From Epiperipatus broadwayi (taxonomy: Eukaryota; Animalia; Onychophora), in NCBI GenBank assembly GCA_028023455.1, contig JAQFVV010000007.1, positions 8,928,001-8,992,000 on the forward strand: a stretch of 64,000 bases of DNA, read 5' to 3'. The stretch's first letter is position 1. Each line of letters opens with the position of its first letter. A model generated the notes under the pieces. It was not told where the DNA came from. It worked only from the letters and a program-made list of their open reading frames with translations, and ran no database searches. Of this stretch, positions 52,698 through 64,000 are shown in pieces. A program made the translations under genes and the position numbers.

Positions 52698-55600
52698 TGA
52701 AATGGTCAGTTTCATCCATCTGCCTGTTTCACTTATTTTACCCATATATGTACCTATATGCCAGGTTTAAACCCTCCCAGAGTACCCATCTGAATAACAT
52801 TAAATTATTATATATGCAGAATCATATATATGCGAGCAGTATGTCTGTAGTTTAATTGAATATGTATAGATTACAGATATGTATCAATTTTATAAATATT
52901 TCTAATTTGGGAAATATTTTATAAAATTGAATATGTATAGATTACAGATATGTATCAATTTTATAGGTGTGTCTAATTTAGGAAACATTTTAGTCTAAAT
53001 TATTGTTATTGATATATGTTACAGATATGTATATTCAATTTATAGATATTTCTAGTTTAAGAAATATTTTAGTTAAATTATTTAGCAACTTTATTGTTGT
53101 ATTATTGAAATCGCATATGCATATTTCCTGTTATTCTGCATTTATTCTGCCACTTGTGATTAGAAAATGAGTCTTCTACTAGTTACGAAAGTAACTAACA
53201 TTTGATTTTGTAAACAGATTTTAATGTAGGTCATGCATTTGGTCCTAAAATAGCTGGATGTTATTTGGTAAATATAAAATGTTAACAACAAAATAAGCAG
53301 GAAAACAGAATCTAAATTACTTTGTTATAACTAAAATTGTTTTTCTAAAATAAATAAATGAGTTTTTCTACCGGTTGTAATTATTAAATGCTTTGCAAAA
53401 ATAATTAAATGGACTTTTCAGGTACATTCTAGCTCGTAAAAATTAACAGGTGGACAGAGTTTAAAAAGTATAAATACTTAAAGTTTTATTAACAAAAAAG
53501 ATCATATATATATTAAGTGAACTGTAAGCTGAATCCATGTCGGTTTCACCCTAAAATGATTGAGTAGGATGGCGACAGATCACCTCTTGGCCCTTAGCCA
53601 GAGAATGGAGAACTTTAATCCAATGAAACCTAATGCCATAATCAGCAAAATTAGCCCATGAAAAATCTCTATTAACTGTGCATCATCATCAAAAGTGTCA
53701 TCTTAATATCCTCCCAAGTGCTTCAAAACTAGCTGCAATGGAAACAACTAAATGGTAAAATTTTTCTCAGAACTCTGTTTATAAACTGTGACTTTCATTT
53801 CTTTCTTTTAAAAGCTAGCTATTTATTAAATCTGCTTTTCCCAAACACCTTTACTAAAATCTACAAAGAAGATTGTTAAATGCTAAATCTTGCCTGATTG
53901 TAAAATGGTAAATCTTGTCTCATTGTAAAACTTGAATTCTCTTTTATAGTGTAAAACTTAAATTCTCTTTTAAAATGTAAAACTCCTAATAATATATTTT
54001 AAATGTATAATTTTCTGCGGTCTTTTTATGCCTATTTCTAAATCTATTCAATTTATTCTATGATTTTATCATTTTAATATTATATGTGTTTAATATGCCA
54101 AATGACTTGAAACTGCAAGTATTTATAAATATAATTTTAGCTTATTGATTTGCGAAGATAATTTCAAATCTTCACTATAATTTAATATTAAATAATTGAA
54201 TTATTAATATTCATTCTCACTCGCTGTTTCGAGATCATATTATTTTACTGATTAAGTTTTGGGCATTAATATTACAATAATCAGTTATCTAGTTATTTTA
54301 TGTAGTTTGCTTAATTCTAGTTATGAATTATAACTATTTATATATATAACTCATATATCATCGGAACTAGCTACAGAAATATTCTCAAAGCATATTTTAA
54401 TGTTTTACTCATAATTACCCCGCAAATATGCTTTATCATCCTTAGATTTATTTATGTTGCAACGCAGGTGATAATATTAAACTAGGTTACTACTTAATTT
54501 AGTCCCTGAATAGTATATTTAAAATACTAAATTTGAGAGCTGGATTATATAGATATGCAAATAGATGCTATCTAATTTTAAGGCACGGTAATATAATGTT
54601 ACGCAATTGCGTTATATATGTATAAGTTGCGGATATGTCCTTACAATGTACGCAATGTACACTTATTGGCTTGCTGCATGACTCTCGATGACGTGTTGGT
54701 GAAGGTCACTCTCATCCACTTTAGTTCGGGTTCAAGCCCACTTTTAGAACCAAGGCACAAGGACCTAGATGATTCATAATGCTTATCCGACTACCTGAAC
54801 TACTAATGTTCTTATTCATGGCATGTTGAGTTGTCTTAGGGCAAACTGAGTCTTTGGAGGCTGAAGCCCGTGAATAATGACCCATTCGCACCTTTTTGCT
54901 TAATTAATATTTTAATATGAGCCATAGAGAATATAGGTAAACCTATCATAAACCAGTTTTCTCTCCTTTTATATTAAATACTTATCTAGCATTAGTGTAC
55001 ATCCTAATCTAGATTAACACACCAACCTGCGTATCTCTGAGCCTAATTAAATGCTCAATTTAACTTTGTATAGATAGACACCATAGGAGCGCTATTATAG
55101 TTAGTTATATAACTTTGGCTATAAAGTTCTGTTTGATCTAGCAGACTACAAAAGAGCTAGAAATTTGGCATATTAATTAATATAGGCATGAAATTCCAAT
55201 ACCGTACTATACATTATTAAACGCTTATAATGAAATATGTAACATTGATCTCAGCAGTTATCTAATGCCTGCAAGCGTTATATCTCACGTTCCGATCATA
55301 TAATTTGGTATGTTTTGATTTATTGCTTGCTATTGTTTATTAAATTAATATTTAAAATTATAACTCGTTTGCATATTTTATTGTCCCTGAATTCATTTTT
55401 ATCCAACTCTATATTTAATTGCACATACACCATTTCATATATATGTAGATCAGTCTGTTAAGTTCTATAATTAATTACTTAGCCATATGTGTATATGTCT
55501 GACCAAATCAGTGATAAATTAGTTAAATTATGAGTCTCTTGTTCTACCGGGGGTGACTGCCGGACCGAGGATAAATTGATTGTTTGTGTACGTTGAGGAA

Positions 55601-55752
55601 TGTCATCCATAGGGTATTAAATCATTGAGCATAGGTGAAAGGATTGAATGTTGGTCGGATTCTGCATCACAGCATCTGGATTCAATCAGCTTTAGTGTAT
55701 TTTTCCTATGTTCTAGGTTTTGTTAAGTGGAAAGGTAATTCTTACCGTTACA
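52698..55752 (+). repeat. 3' LTR (3055 bp)
   Basis: TGAAATGGTCAG...TTACCGTTACA. About 5-7% divergent from the 5' LTR in two hand-aligned samples. Confidence 0.95.
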
Positions 55753-58259
55753 ATATAGAGATGTTGGATAGGGATTTAATAAGCACTACCATTTGACATC
55801 TATAGATTAGCTGAAAAAAATGTGGTGGAGAAATAAAAAGAATAAAAATATTTCCTAAGTTATATACAAAAATTAAAATAGCAAATTTTAATAAAGCACA
55901 ACAGCAAATATCTGCAGAGACAAAAAAAGATTCCATCCATGAACCATACAGCTTTTCCATTTATTCCAATCCTTTGCTTTACTTTTCAATCAACTTTCTT
56001 CTTCTATCTCTCTTCCTATTTTATTCTACTTAATATACCATATCTCATTCATAATTTCTTTATTCTAAGTATTTTTTCAATCAAATTTCTATTATTCTTG
56101 ATAATTTCTTTAATAGATAATTGCTTTTCATTTATTACTTCAGCATTTCAACAACAAACATCCTCAACATTTTATTGGTTCCAACTTTTTCCAAATCCAT
56201 TAACATCTGATCTTTTGTTATTCTACTTCTCAATCACTCAAATAAAATTATAAAAGTCTAACATCCCCAAAACCTCTCCCTATTCTAATTCCAGCCAACT
56301 GTGACATTAAAAGTTATAGTTTTATTTTGCAATGAACCATCACTGCCAGGAATACATTGCCAGGGTAAATAAAAGATAAAAAACGAAAGAAAAAATAAAA
56401 CATATGTGTCCCAGGAATCCTTCTATGGTTATTATATATATATTTCGAACAGAATTTAAATAACTGTTAATCTTATTGTTATAAAAAAAACTTCATTATT
56501 TTATGATGTAGGTATAAATTTGAATTCTATAATAAATTTTGTTATATGGTCAAAAAAAGCAGTGGTCCATAACTGATGACTGTTGTTTGGTCATAATACA
56601 GCCTGCCTTCAGCAAGGAGACTCATTTGTTTACATATAAACAAAATAGTAAAGATATAAATGGCCTTTAAATTTGCGAGTGTAGTAGAACAAGGGTTTCT
56701 TCAATATTCCTCTGACAAAAGAACAATGAAGAATATTGCACTACTTTATAAAAAGGCATGCCAATTTCAAAATGCTGGTGGTTTGAGTAATTATATATTA
56801 TTTGACCGTTTAGCTAAGATTAACTAGATACTCATTGGCCAGCCAATATTGAATGGTTATACCCATTTTCTACAGGTTGGTTACATAAAATAAATAGAAG
56901 AATTAGGACGTCAAAAAAATTAGTTTCTACCAGCTTCAAATCCAGGTAGTATACATGGAAAGCAAATATGTAACCATTATACGACAAGATTCATCTAAAG
57001 TCTTAATTTTCTATATAATGCTAATGAATACGAAGAAACACTCATTCAATTATAATACTACAATAGATGGAAAACAAATCCCAAATTTTAATAAATTTAT
57101 TTAGCTGGGCAAGTACTAGTGTTCGAAAAAAAAAATTTGGCATGGCTTCTAGCCCCTCTTCAGTTGTATTTCTGCTTAAATTACACTCAAATACTGAAGC
57201 AGATTAATTTTGATTAAACATTTTCTCACTGCATAATTTAGGATGACAACTGAATAGCTTGAAGAAAAAAAAATAATAACTCTTTCTTTCCTTCTATTAA
57301 AGATTAGGAAGTATGATTATTTGCCCTTTTGACCTTTACCGGCTCCTGACAATTGACTTCTGTCCTTAATTCACTGTGTAAGCAGACAAGATCACCCAGC
57401 AATATAGAAACATCAAATTCTTCTTTAAATTCTAATCAAATGTAGTTTTATGAGAAGAAAAAACAAATACTACAAGAAATTTTATGCCAAGATAAACACT
57501 CGGCAACATTAGTCACGTGATGACATCAAAAGAGTTTTCACTTAAGGAAAGAAAAGGCAGTTCATCGATCAGCAAAACTTTACAATCATTCTGCTGAAAT
57601 TTTTCACACTGATTTTTTCCAACATATTTTTGTAAAAGGGGGGGGGGGGTCTAATGGCATATTTTAACTTCTGGCATCATAAATTAAACGCTTGATTCTA
57701 TAGATTAAAACAAGGTGGAGAATTTCTTCAGACAGACAGCATACACAATATGCTATTTAAACATTAAAAATCTGTATTTGAAACAGAAGTGCATTACGTT
57801 TTTAAAGAGAACTTAGAATGTGTACGCGTGTATGTTCGCGCACGATTATATATAAGTATGACTACTGGTGACCCATAATTATATCCCGAAGGCAGTGATA
57901 CCACAAAAATTTAAGAGATCAAGTATACCATTAACTTTCACTCTACTTCTAATGAGGACCAATTAGTCTTAAAAACAGATTCGTCAAGTCTTTGTGACTT
58001 ATGCAAAAATAAAGATCACAATGCATGCTGTCCAGAACCAGCGGTAAAAAGAGAGTGCAGTAGACCTTGAAGCTGGGATTGCTGAGTTTTAAACAATTTT
58101 GTAAACTGCTGGAAACCTAATGCAGCTCCCCAATGGTCATTTTATTATTTTTTTTATAAATATAAACAAAGCAACAGCAAAAAAACACATAAGATACCGT
58201 TTACCATCTTCCACTTTCAATAATTACAAATCCATAATCAAATTTTGTTTCTTTGATTT

Positions 58260-59020
58260 ATAGTTTTTCTTATCCACATCATAACTTTCTTATTTTATCT
58301 ATCCACCTCACACACGGGCTTTTCCTTGGTCTTTTACAGTTTCTCAGGATTCAATTTCAGACTTCAATTATGTATCTGTTATATATTCATCAATATATCT
58401 AGCCCAGTTCCACTTTGGTTTTTTAATTCTTTCAATGATACCCATTTGTTTAATATGTTACTGTTGCTCCAGACATATATCTATATATCAATAAGTGGCT
58501 TGAAGTTTCAGAATTGCTCTTCTGTTAAGTATCTAAGTCTCAGACCGATAAATAAAAACATATAAAACTCATTTCTTAAAAATATTCCTTTTCAAACATA
58601 TCAGCACATTTCCTTTATGATATTAAGTTGTTTCTACCAAAAGTTCACCATTCAAGATCAATTCTATGATTAATTTCATCCATTAATCTTCTATCTGTAT
58701 TAAGAATTTATCCAAAGTATTGGTAGTTGTTTGCTTTTCCTAATTCATGATTACTGATTTGAATTTCTTTCCTTCTGAAAAATCTGAAAATGTTATTATT
58801 TATCTTTAGTCTTACTTTAATACTTTGATCTGATAATTCTTGCAACATTTCCTCAAGTGGCTTATTTACAAAAACAATCCCATCACTTACAAAATATAAA
58901 TGATTTAAATAATCTTGGTGTATTGACTGCCTTAGTTTCCCATTTTGATCCACACAATACTTCTTGTAAAACAGCTGTAAAAATTTTGGAAATATAGAAT
59001 CACTGTGTTGTATGCCCACA
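58260..59020 (-). mobile_element. Decayed RTE LINE (RT core and C-terminus)
   Basis: GIQHSDSIFPKF...YLNHLYFVSDGIVF...LEEMLQELSDQSIKVRLKIN corresponds to GVRQGDPISPKLF...YLNHLRFADDIVL...GLKIN. Downstream sequence matches 22750-23250. Confidence 0.85.
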
Positions 59021-59379
59021 TCACTGTTAATTACCTTAATGTTATCTAACCACAGCTGTTGAAGTTTGATAATGATTTTTCAGAATATGTCAACACTCCA
59101 AGTCTACATGCTAACTATGATTTATAATATAAAAGGATTAACAATAATAATTTCAGTTTTAACACTAGTCTATAGTTCTTTAATTTGTTCTCTAGAATCA
59201 ATGTTATCCAGTCATGTGGAATGTTAATGGATTTGCATTTAAATAGATTAGTAAATATTATTTTTTTACATATTAAAGATAAATCATAATTCATATTTAA
59301 TATTATCTAAATAGCTTCATAATGCAAAGATAATACATCTATTTACCATTCCTAAATTTGAATTCAAAACCAGACCATA

Positions 59380-59800
59380 ATCTGCAATCCGTATAACATT
59401 AGAACAGCTTTCCAGAGTCATACTATCCTATGAGGAATTCTAACATCTACAAAGCCTAAATTTGAAATGATGAAAAGAAAAAACTGCATCTATAAAATAC
59501 ATGTGAATGTGGAAGAACATATATTGGTGAGACCAGTCATCCCAGTGAAAAGTGCTTGCAAGAACACAAACTGATGATTGGAAGAGAGAAAACAGATGTG
59601 TCTAAGGTAACAGAACATGTATGTGCCAATGAACATATGTTCAATTAGGAAAATACAACATATTGGATAGAAAAGGTACAAAGAAGAAAATTTAAAGAAG
59701 CTGCTCACATGACAATGGCAAAAAAATCCCATAAGCCAACCCAGTGTGACTATACATAATGTATGGAAACCACTAATCAACTTTGCTCTTAGGAAAAAAT
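59380..59800 (+). mobile_element. Penelope-like element remnant, GIY-YIG endonuclease (frameshifted, with stop)
   Basis: AFQSHTIL*GILTSTKPK...KNCIYKI/CECGRTYIGETSHP...LQEHK...SKVTEHV...HMFN*E...RRKFKEAAH is the characteristic PLE GIY-YIG pattern. Confidence 0.88.
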
Positions 59801-59861
59801 TGAGAAATCAGAAGGAACCTCATACATAAGTATATGGAATTACTACAGACTGTTGCCTTTA

Positions 59862-60125
59862 GCAGGATGGCTCAGTTGGTTAGAGTGTTACCTTAAAATT
59901 CAAGAATCTAAGGACCCAGATTCGAATCCCATGCCAGTAATGTCACTGGTCAGGCCAGCAACACTTAAAGAAGAGGGATACTTAATACAATATTGTGCAT
60001 ATACTAACCTGTTCAATGTGCTATTACTAACAGTTGAATGTATTTGGAATATTAAGTTAAATTTTTCTAAAGACATTCAATACATGTATTAGATGATGGA
60101 AATAGTCCAATATAAAAATACAACT
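59862..60125 (+). mobile_element. tRNA-headed SINE-like family C (best copy)
   Basis: A box TGGCTCAGTTGG at 59868-59879 and B box GATTCGAATCC at 59919-59929. The anticodon arm does not fold. The downstream body is shared with 4323-4610 and 16690-16810. Confidence 0.75.
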
Positions 60126-60643
60126 AGAACACCATCATCACAAACCTTCAGGAAAACATATTAAATGAAGACTTGTTCAAGTCCAATAAGGTATAGGATT
60201 TTTTTTTACCAGATAGCTACTTCCAAGCCAATATAGCTAATTATATAGTATTCTTACAAAAAGTATAAAGACATCAGTAGTTACCAATTACAAACACCTG
60301 ATGAGTAATACCTGTTCCTATACTATTTTAACTATGTGGTATTGAAGAGAGTCTTGATCTTAAGTTGCTATTTAAAAGATTTTACCTTTGTATTTGATCC
60401 CAGTGGCATTTAAAAATTAAATAATTTATTGTTCAGAATTCATAAAATATTTGAGCACCAGGGATGGCAGAGCTTATCCAGATGCATGATAGATCTTAAT
60501 CTCTGGAGATTACCATTGTACCACAACACTAATTTATGCAGGACTACTTGCAGCACTGAATATCTAATAATGGCTAAATGAAGTGTTTCATGGTTTAGAG
60601 ATCAGTTTACTCACTTTCAATTACAGGTGTAAATTTAAATATA

Positions 60644-60970
60644 GGGGATTTGAAGTCAGACTTTCAAGCCACTTCAACCATTCACACTATCTCATACTAC
60701 TGATACACATGACCACACAATGCAGAAAAAATAAATAATCACCAATATACATATTTCATGCTGAATCAGCACTCATCAGTTGATCCAGATTATCATCTAC
60801 CATACATATATACAATCAGTGCTCAGTTTATATTAAGATAGCATATCCTTATACTTCAATGGACAGGCTTTAATCTATTCCAACCTGCAACTCTTTAACC
60901 ATCCATACCATTGAAATCTGATGACAGAATTCCCAAATCCCATGCTGATGCCAATATTGTTATCATGCCC
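60644..60970 (-). mobile_element. Repeat family B, ~325-bp copy
   Basis: Reverse complement of 30483-30791. Confidence 0.8.
60740..60785 (-). ncRNA. Minimal type I hammerhead ribozyme (family B) with intact core
   Basis: ATCAA-CTGATGA-GTGCTG-ATT-CAGCAT-GAAA-TAT-GT-ATA-TTGGT: 5-bp stem I, 6-bp stem II, short stem III and an ATA (NUH) triplet. Confidence 0.75.
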
Positions 60971-61054
60971 ATGTTGACCTCAAGTCACTCTGACCCCTCA
61001 TTTATAGGACAGTATCCATTTAAATACATAGAAGAGGGATGGTGAGAATGCAGG

Positions 61055-61170
61055 CTTAATATGTAAGGTGTAAATTTAACTACATTCTTATTCAGTTTCT
61101 TCACTGTGATATAAGATTAATATGTAAGGTGCAAATTTAACTACATTCTTATTCAGCCACTGTGATATAG
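61055..61170. repeat. Tandem duplication, ~60 bp x2
   Basis: TTAATATGTAAGGTG.AAATTTAACTACATTCTTATTCAG...CACTGTGATATA occurs twice. Confidence 0.9.
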
Positions 61171-62199
61171 CCATGCTACAATTGCTCAGTTTAATTTTAC
61201 TCTCTGGAGCCTATTTGTAGTGTCCCACACCAACTTTGCACCCATTACTGGAATTAAAATATATACTGATTTATTACTTTTGAATAAATATTCTAGATAA
61301 CAGTATCATTTAAAGAATGTAATACAGATGGCTAAGATTAGCAGTTTCTTTGATCTCAGAATACTTACTATGTTTTCATGAGCTCATCTTTTATTCAAAT
61401 ACTGAAAATGATAAGTTTTATATTTCCATATAATCACAAATATATTTTTTTTTTAAAATAATATGATTTTTAGACTCAGATTTTATTCAAAAATATTTAT
61501 TTTTAGAAGAATACAATGTAAACTTTATTTTAATTACAAACAATTGACAATCTTGAGTCAATTATTTTCAGATTGACAGATCTCAATCTAGTGTGATATT
61601 ACAATACACAATGTATATTTGGAAATCAGATTTTATTTAACATTACATAAAAGATTTATCTAGGTGGTTGGTGTACATTCTATACACATTGAGAAATCAT
61701 CTATATAGGTACAATAATAGACTTTTGCTTATCTATATAAATTTGATAGAATGCCCTTGGCATTATGATGATACATAGAGTTATTTTGCATTTATATCAT
61801 TTATTTATAATGCTTAAATAAGAATACATTAGGATTTGTAAGTATACTAAAAACAGATATTTCTTATACATTTTTAACATTTAAAGATCAAATATTGTGA
61901 AACTCTATAAATACAGTAATGGCTTATTTAAAAGAAGGGAAGGGCAAACTTTAGAACAGTTGAATCTAAAACTCAAATGAAAAATATTTAAAGAGATATA
62001 TGTTTCATTAGCACACATCATTATGATTTATTTTATTAAACAGACTGGGAAATGAAATATAAGGAATTGTGGGGTTAGCATATATGTCAGTGAAAGAGAA
62101 TATGGCAACTTTGGCTGAGAAAACTTCATCATTTTTCTATTTTAATATGGTATGCCTGCTTCAGGCAGAGCAATACCTAAATGGAGAGGTAGGTAGAAA

Positions 62200-62470
62200 G
62201 TTGCTATGTTCCAGTATATGATAATCCATACAAAGCTTCAACTACACTAACTTGCTTGTTCCAGGGCATAGACAGCCCTGTTTTGAATGAGAACAATAAA
62301 AGATGGGAAGTTTTGTAACCCTCCAGAGTGAGGTGAGGATGGATATGAGCAGTACAATAACACATAGAATTTGGGAAAAGAATGACAAACAAGGAAGATC
62401 ATGATCCTCCAGAATGAAGTATGGATGGACCAGATCAGAGCACTATGTGACATTAATAATTCTGACATAT
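62200..62470 (+). mobile_element. Possible decayed LINE 3' end (RTE-like)
   Basis: Only the peptide ...WMDQIRALCD resembles the RTE C-terminal 'RW.DQI' motif. Confidence 0.3.
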
Positions 62471-64000
62471 GCCAGCAATGTGACTATCAGGACATAAAAT
62501 CATTTGATTTAAAAACTAAAATAATGACCCATATATGATAGTCATTAATAAGTAATTAAAACTATAATTAATAAAGCATGCATTTCTCCCCCTTCTTAAA
62601 TCAATCCTATTTTGTTTAACATATACAAATTCATGCACTTAAGAGTGTGTCTAACAAAATAGAATGGGTCACCAGCCTTTTGGTGATGATTATCAAAATA
62701 AAGAAATCAATAAAATTAATGGACACCAAGATTCACCCAGATTGGAAAAGTATTTATACATCTTGTATAAATTTACAATAAAATATTTTAAGGCATATAT
62801 TCATTAAAAAGATAAGCTCAATCTTACTAGCTATTTAGAAATGAATAACATGAAGTAATTTATTACTTGCCCCCTCTCTATTCCACAGTGGGATATAGAT
62901 GAAGCTTGTAAGACTGGGTTTGATTAACATTTACAGATAGAAATTAAATGAAAAATATAAAAATATCATCAATAATAAATTATAACCACACTAATTTATA
63001 GGAATAATAAGAAGTGTGATTGGATGAAAGATTATTCATTAGGGTTAGTTTAGTTTGCAGAGAATCGATAAACAGAAATTAAGAAGTTAGTTTAACATAC
63101 TCGCCAGTTAAAGAGTTGAAAGAGATTCAACATAAGAAAAATATTAATTTTAAGATTCAGAAGTTATAATTTAGGTGAGGCGATTACAATGACTTTGGGC
63201 TTGTTACCTCATGATCCTCCAGAATGATAGAACATACGAATCTTATGTGGAGGTGGCATTCTTTGACTTTCAGGGCAGGCAGATTATAATTAAGTTGAAG
63301 GTATTTTTCTTGGCCTCGGAGGTTCTCTAATGGCATGGGCACTCTTGACTGAAAGGAGCTATACCCTGCATGGTGAAGAAACAGGCTGAAGATTGAGGGA
63401 AAGGTGGCTTGGGTCCCTCTACTCAAAAACCATTTCAAAAAATCAAAGAATGTGCAGTAGGTTAGCAACAGTAGACCAAACTCTCTAACACAATAAATTT
63501 TCAGCACTATTTATACAACTTTTAAATTATTTAAAGAATGCTTTTAGTTAAAATTCCTAACTCAAAGGGAATCCTTAATCTACAGAAATATTTTCTCTGT
63601 TGTTATTGGAGATGCAATCACTCGATAACTGTCCAAAAATAAATTCAAATCAATTTCCAGATTGGAAATAGATTTGACAAAAATGTTTGTACCTAAATTA
63701 AAATCCATTAGCTTTGTTTTAATTTTACTTTCATTAAAACTTTGATTAAAATTAATTCTAAAACCCTGAAACAATCTGATGTTTCCACCCTTTTAATTAC
63801 TTTTGGATAATTAACGATTGCATCTTTCATCTTGAATTTTTATGTAATTATATAAAGAAAATAATTAAAAAGTGGTAGAGTAGTGAAGCTCAATTCTTGA
63901 GCTAAGATTGACTGCTTCAATATATTACATAAAATAGACATATGAAACATTCTTAATTACAATTTTAATTAAGTAGTCTGTTAGCAATAATAGTTTAGTT

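Larger units (their letters stand above)
42795..55752 (+). mobile_element. Full-length, apparently non-autonomous Ty3/Gypsy-like LTR retroelement (12,958 bp)
   Basis: Two ~3.06-kb direct repeats, each TG...CA. ATAT TSD at 42791-42794 and 55753-55756. Purine tract before the 3' LTR. No gag/RT/RH/IN motifs found in the 6.8-kb interior. Confidence 0.9.

Noticed and set aside
55939-56253. 104-aa Phe/Leu/Ile-rich ORF
   Set aside because: Compositional artefact of a pyrimidine-rich strand; possibly the antisense of an old LINE end.
22655-59020. Minus-strand bias of RTE/mariner fragments as a sign of a piRNA cluster
   Set aside because: Too few elements. The RTE at 34340, the hAT, Penelope and LTR elements are on the plus strand.
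59862-59938. Functional tRNA gene
   Set aside because: A and B boxes are present, but acceptor and anticodon stems do not pair and the downstream body is shared with other copies, so it is SINE-like.
63184-63507. 107-aa minus-strand ORF / plus-strand VAFFDF RT-like peptide
   Set aside because: No consistent domain; insufficient evidence.

Overview
AT-rich eukaryotic (animal, invertebrate-like) non-coding DNA made mostly of transposon debris. I found no host protein-coding gene, rRNA, intact tRNA or CRISPR array that I can support. The largest element is a 12,958-bp Gypsy-like LTR retroelement (42795-55752) with ~3.06-kb LTRs, a 4-bp ATAT target-site duplication and a polypurine tract. It has no recognisable gag/RT/integrase and carries only a Glu-rich ORF of unknown function. 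Two unrelated dispersed repeat families, plus one isolated site, contain minimal type I hammerhead-ribozyme cores (CTGATGA...GAAA...NTH) of the kind known from Penelope-like elements and metazoan retrozymes. One family forms a 425-bp tandem/inverted block at 36870-38190, and a Penelope GIY-YIG remnant lies at ~59.4-59.8 kb. Also present: five RTE LINE remnants, a deleted mariner, a deleted hAT element with TIRs and a degenerate 8-bp TSD, a tRNA-headed SINE family, an 8-unit tandem array of a tRNA-like repeat, several minisatellites and a cluster of long hairpins between 9.6 and 38 kb. Differences between repeat copies are enriched in CpG>TpG/CpA, suggesting a host that methylates transposons. 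All alignments were done by eye. Boundaries are approximate unless fixed by a TSD or TIR.
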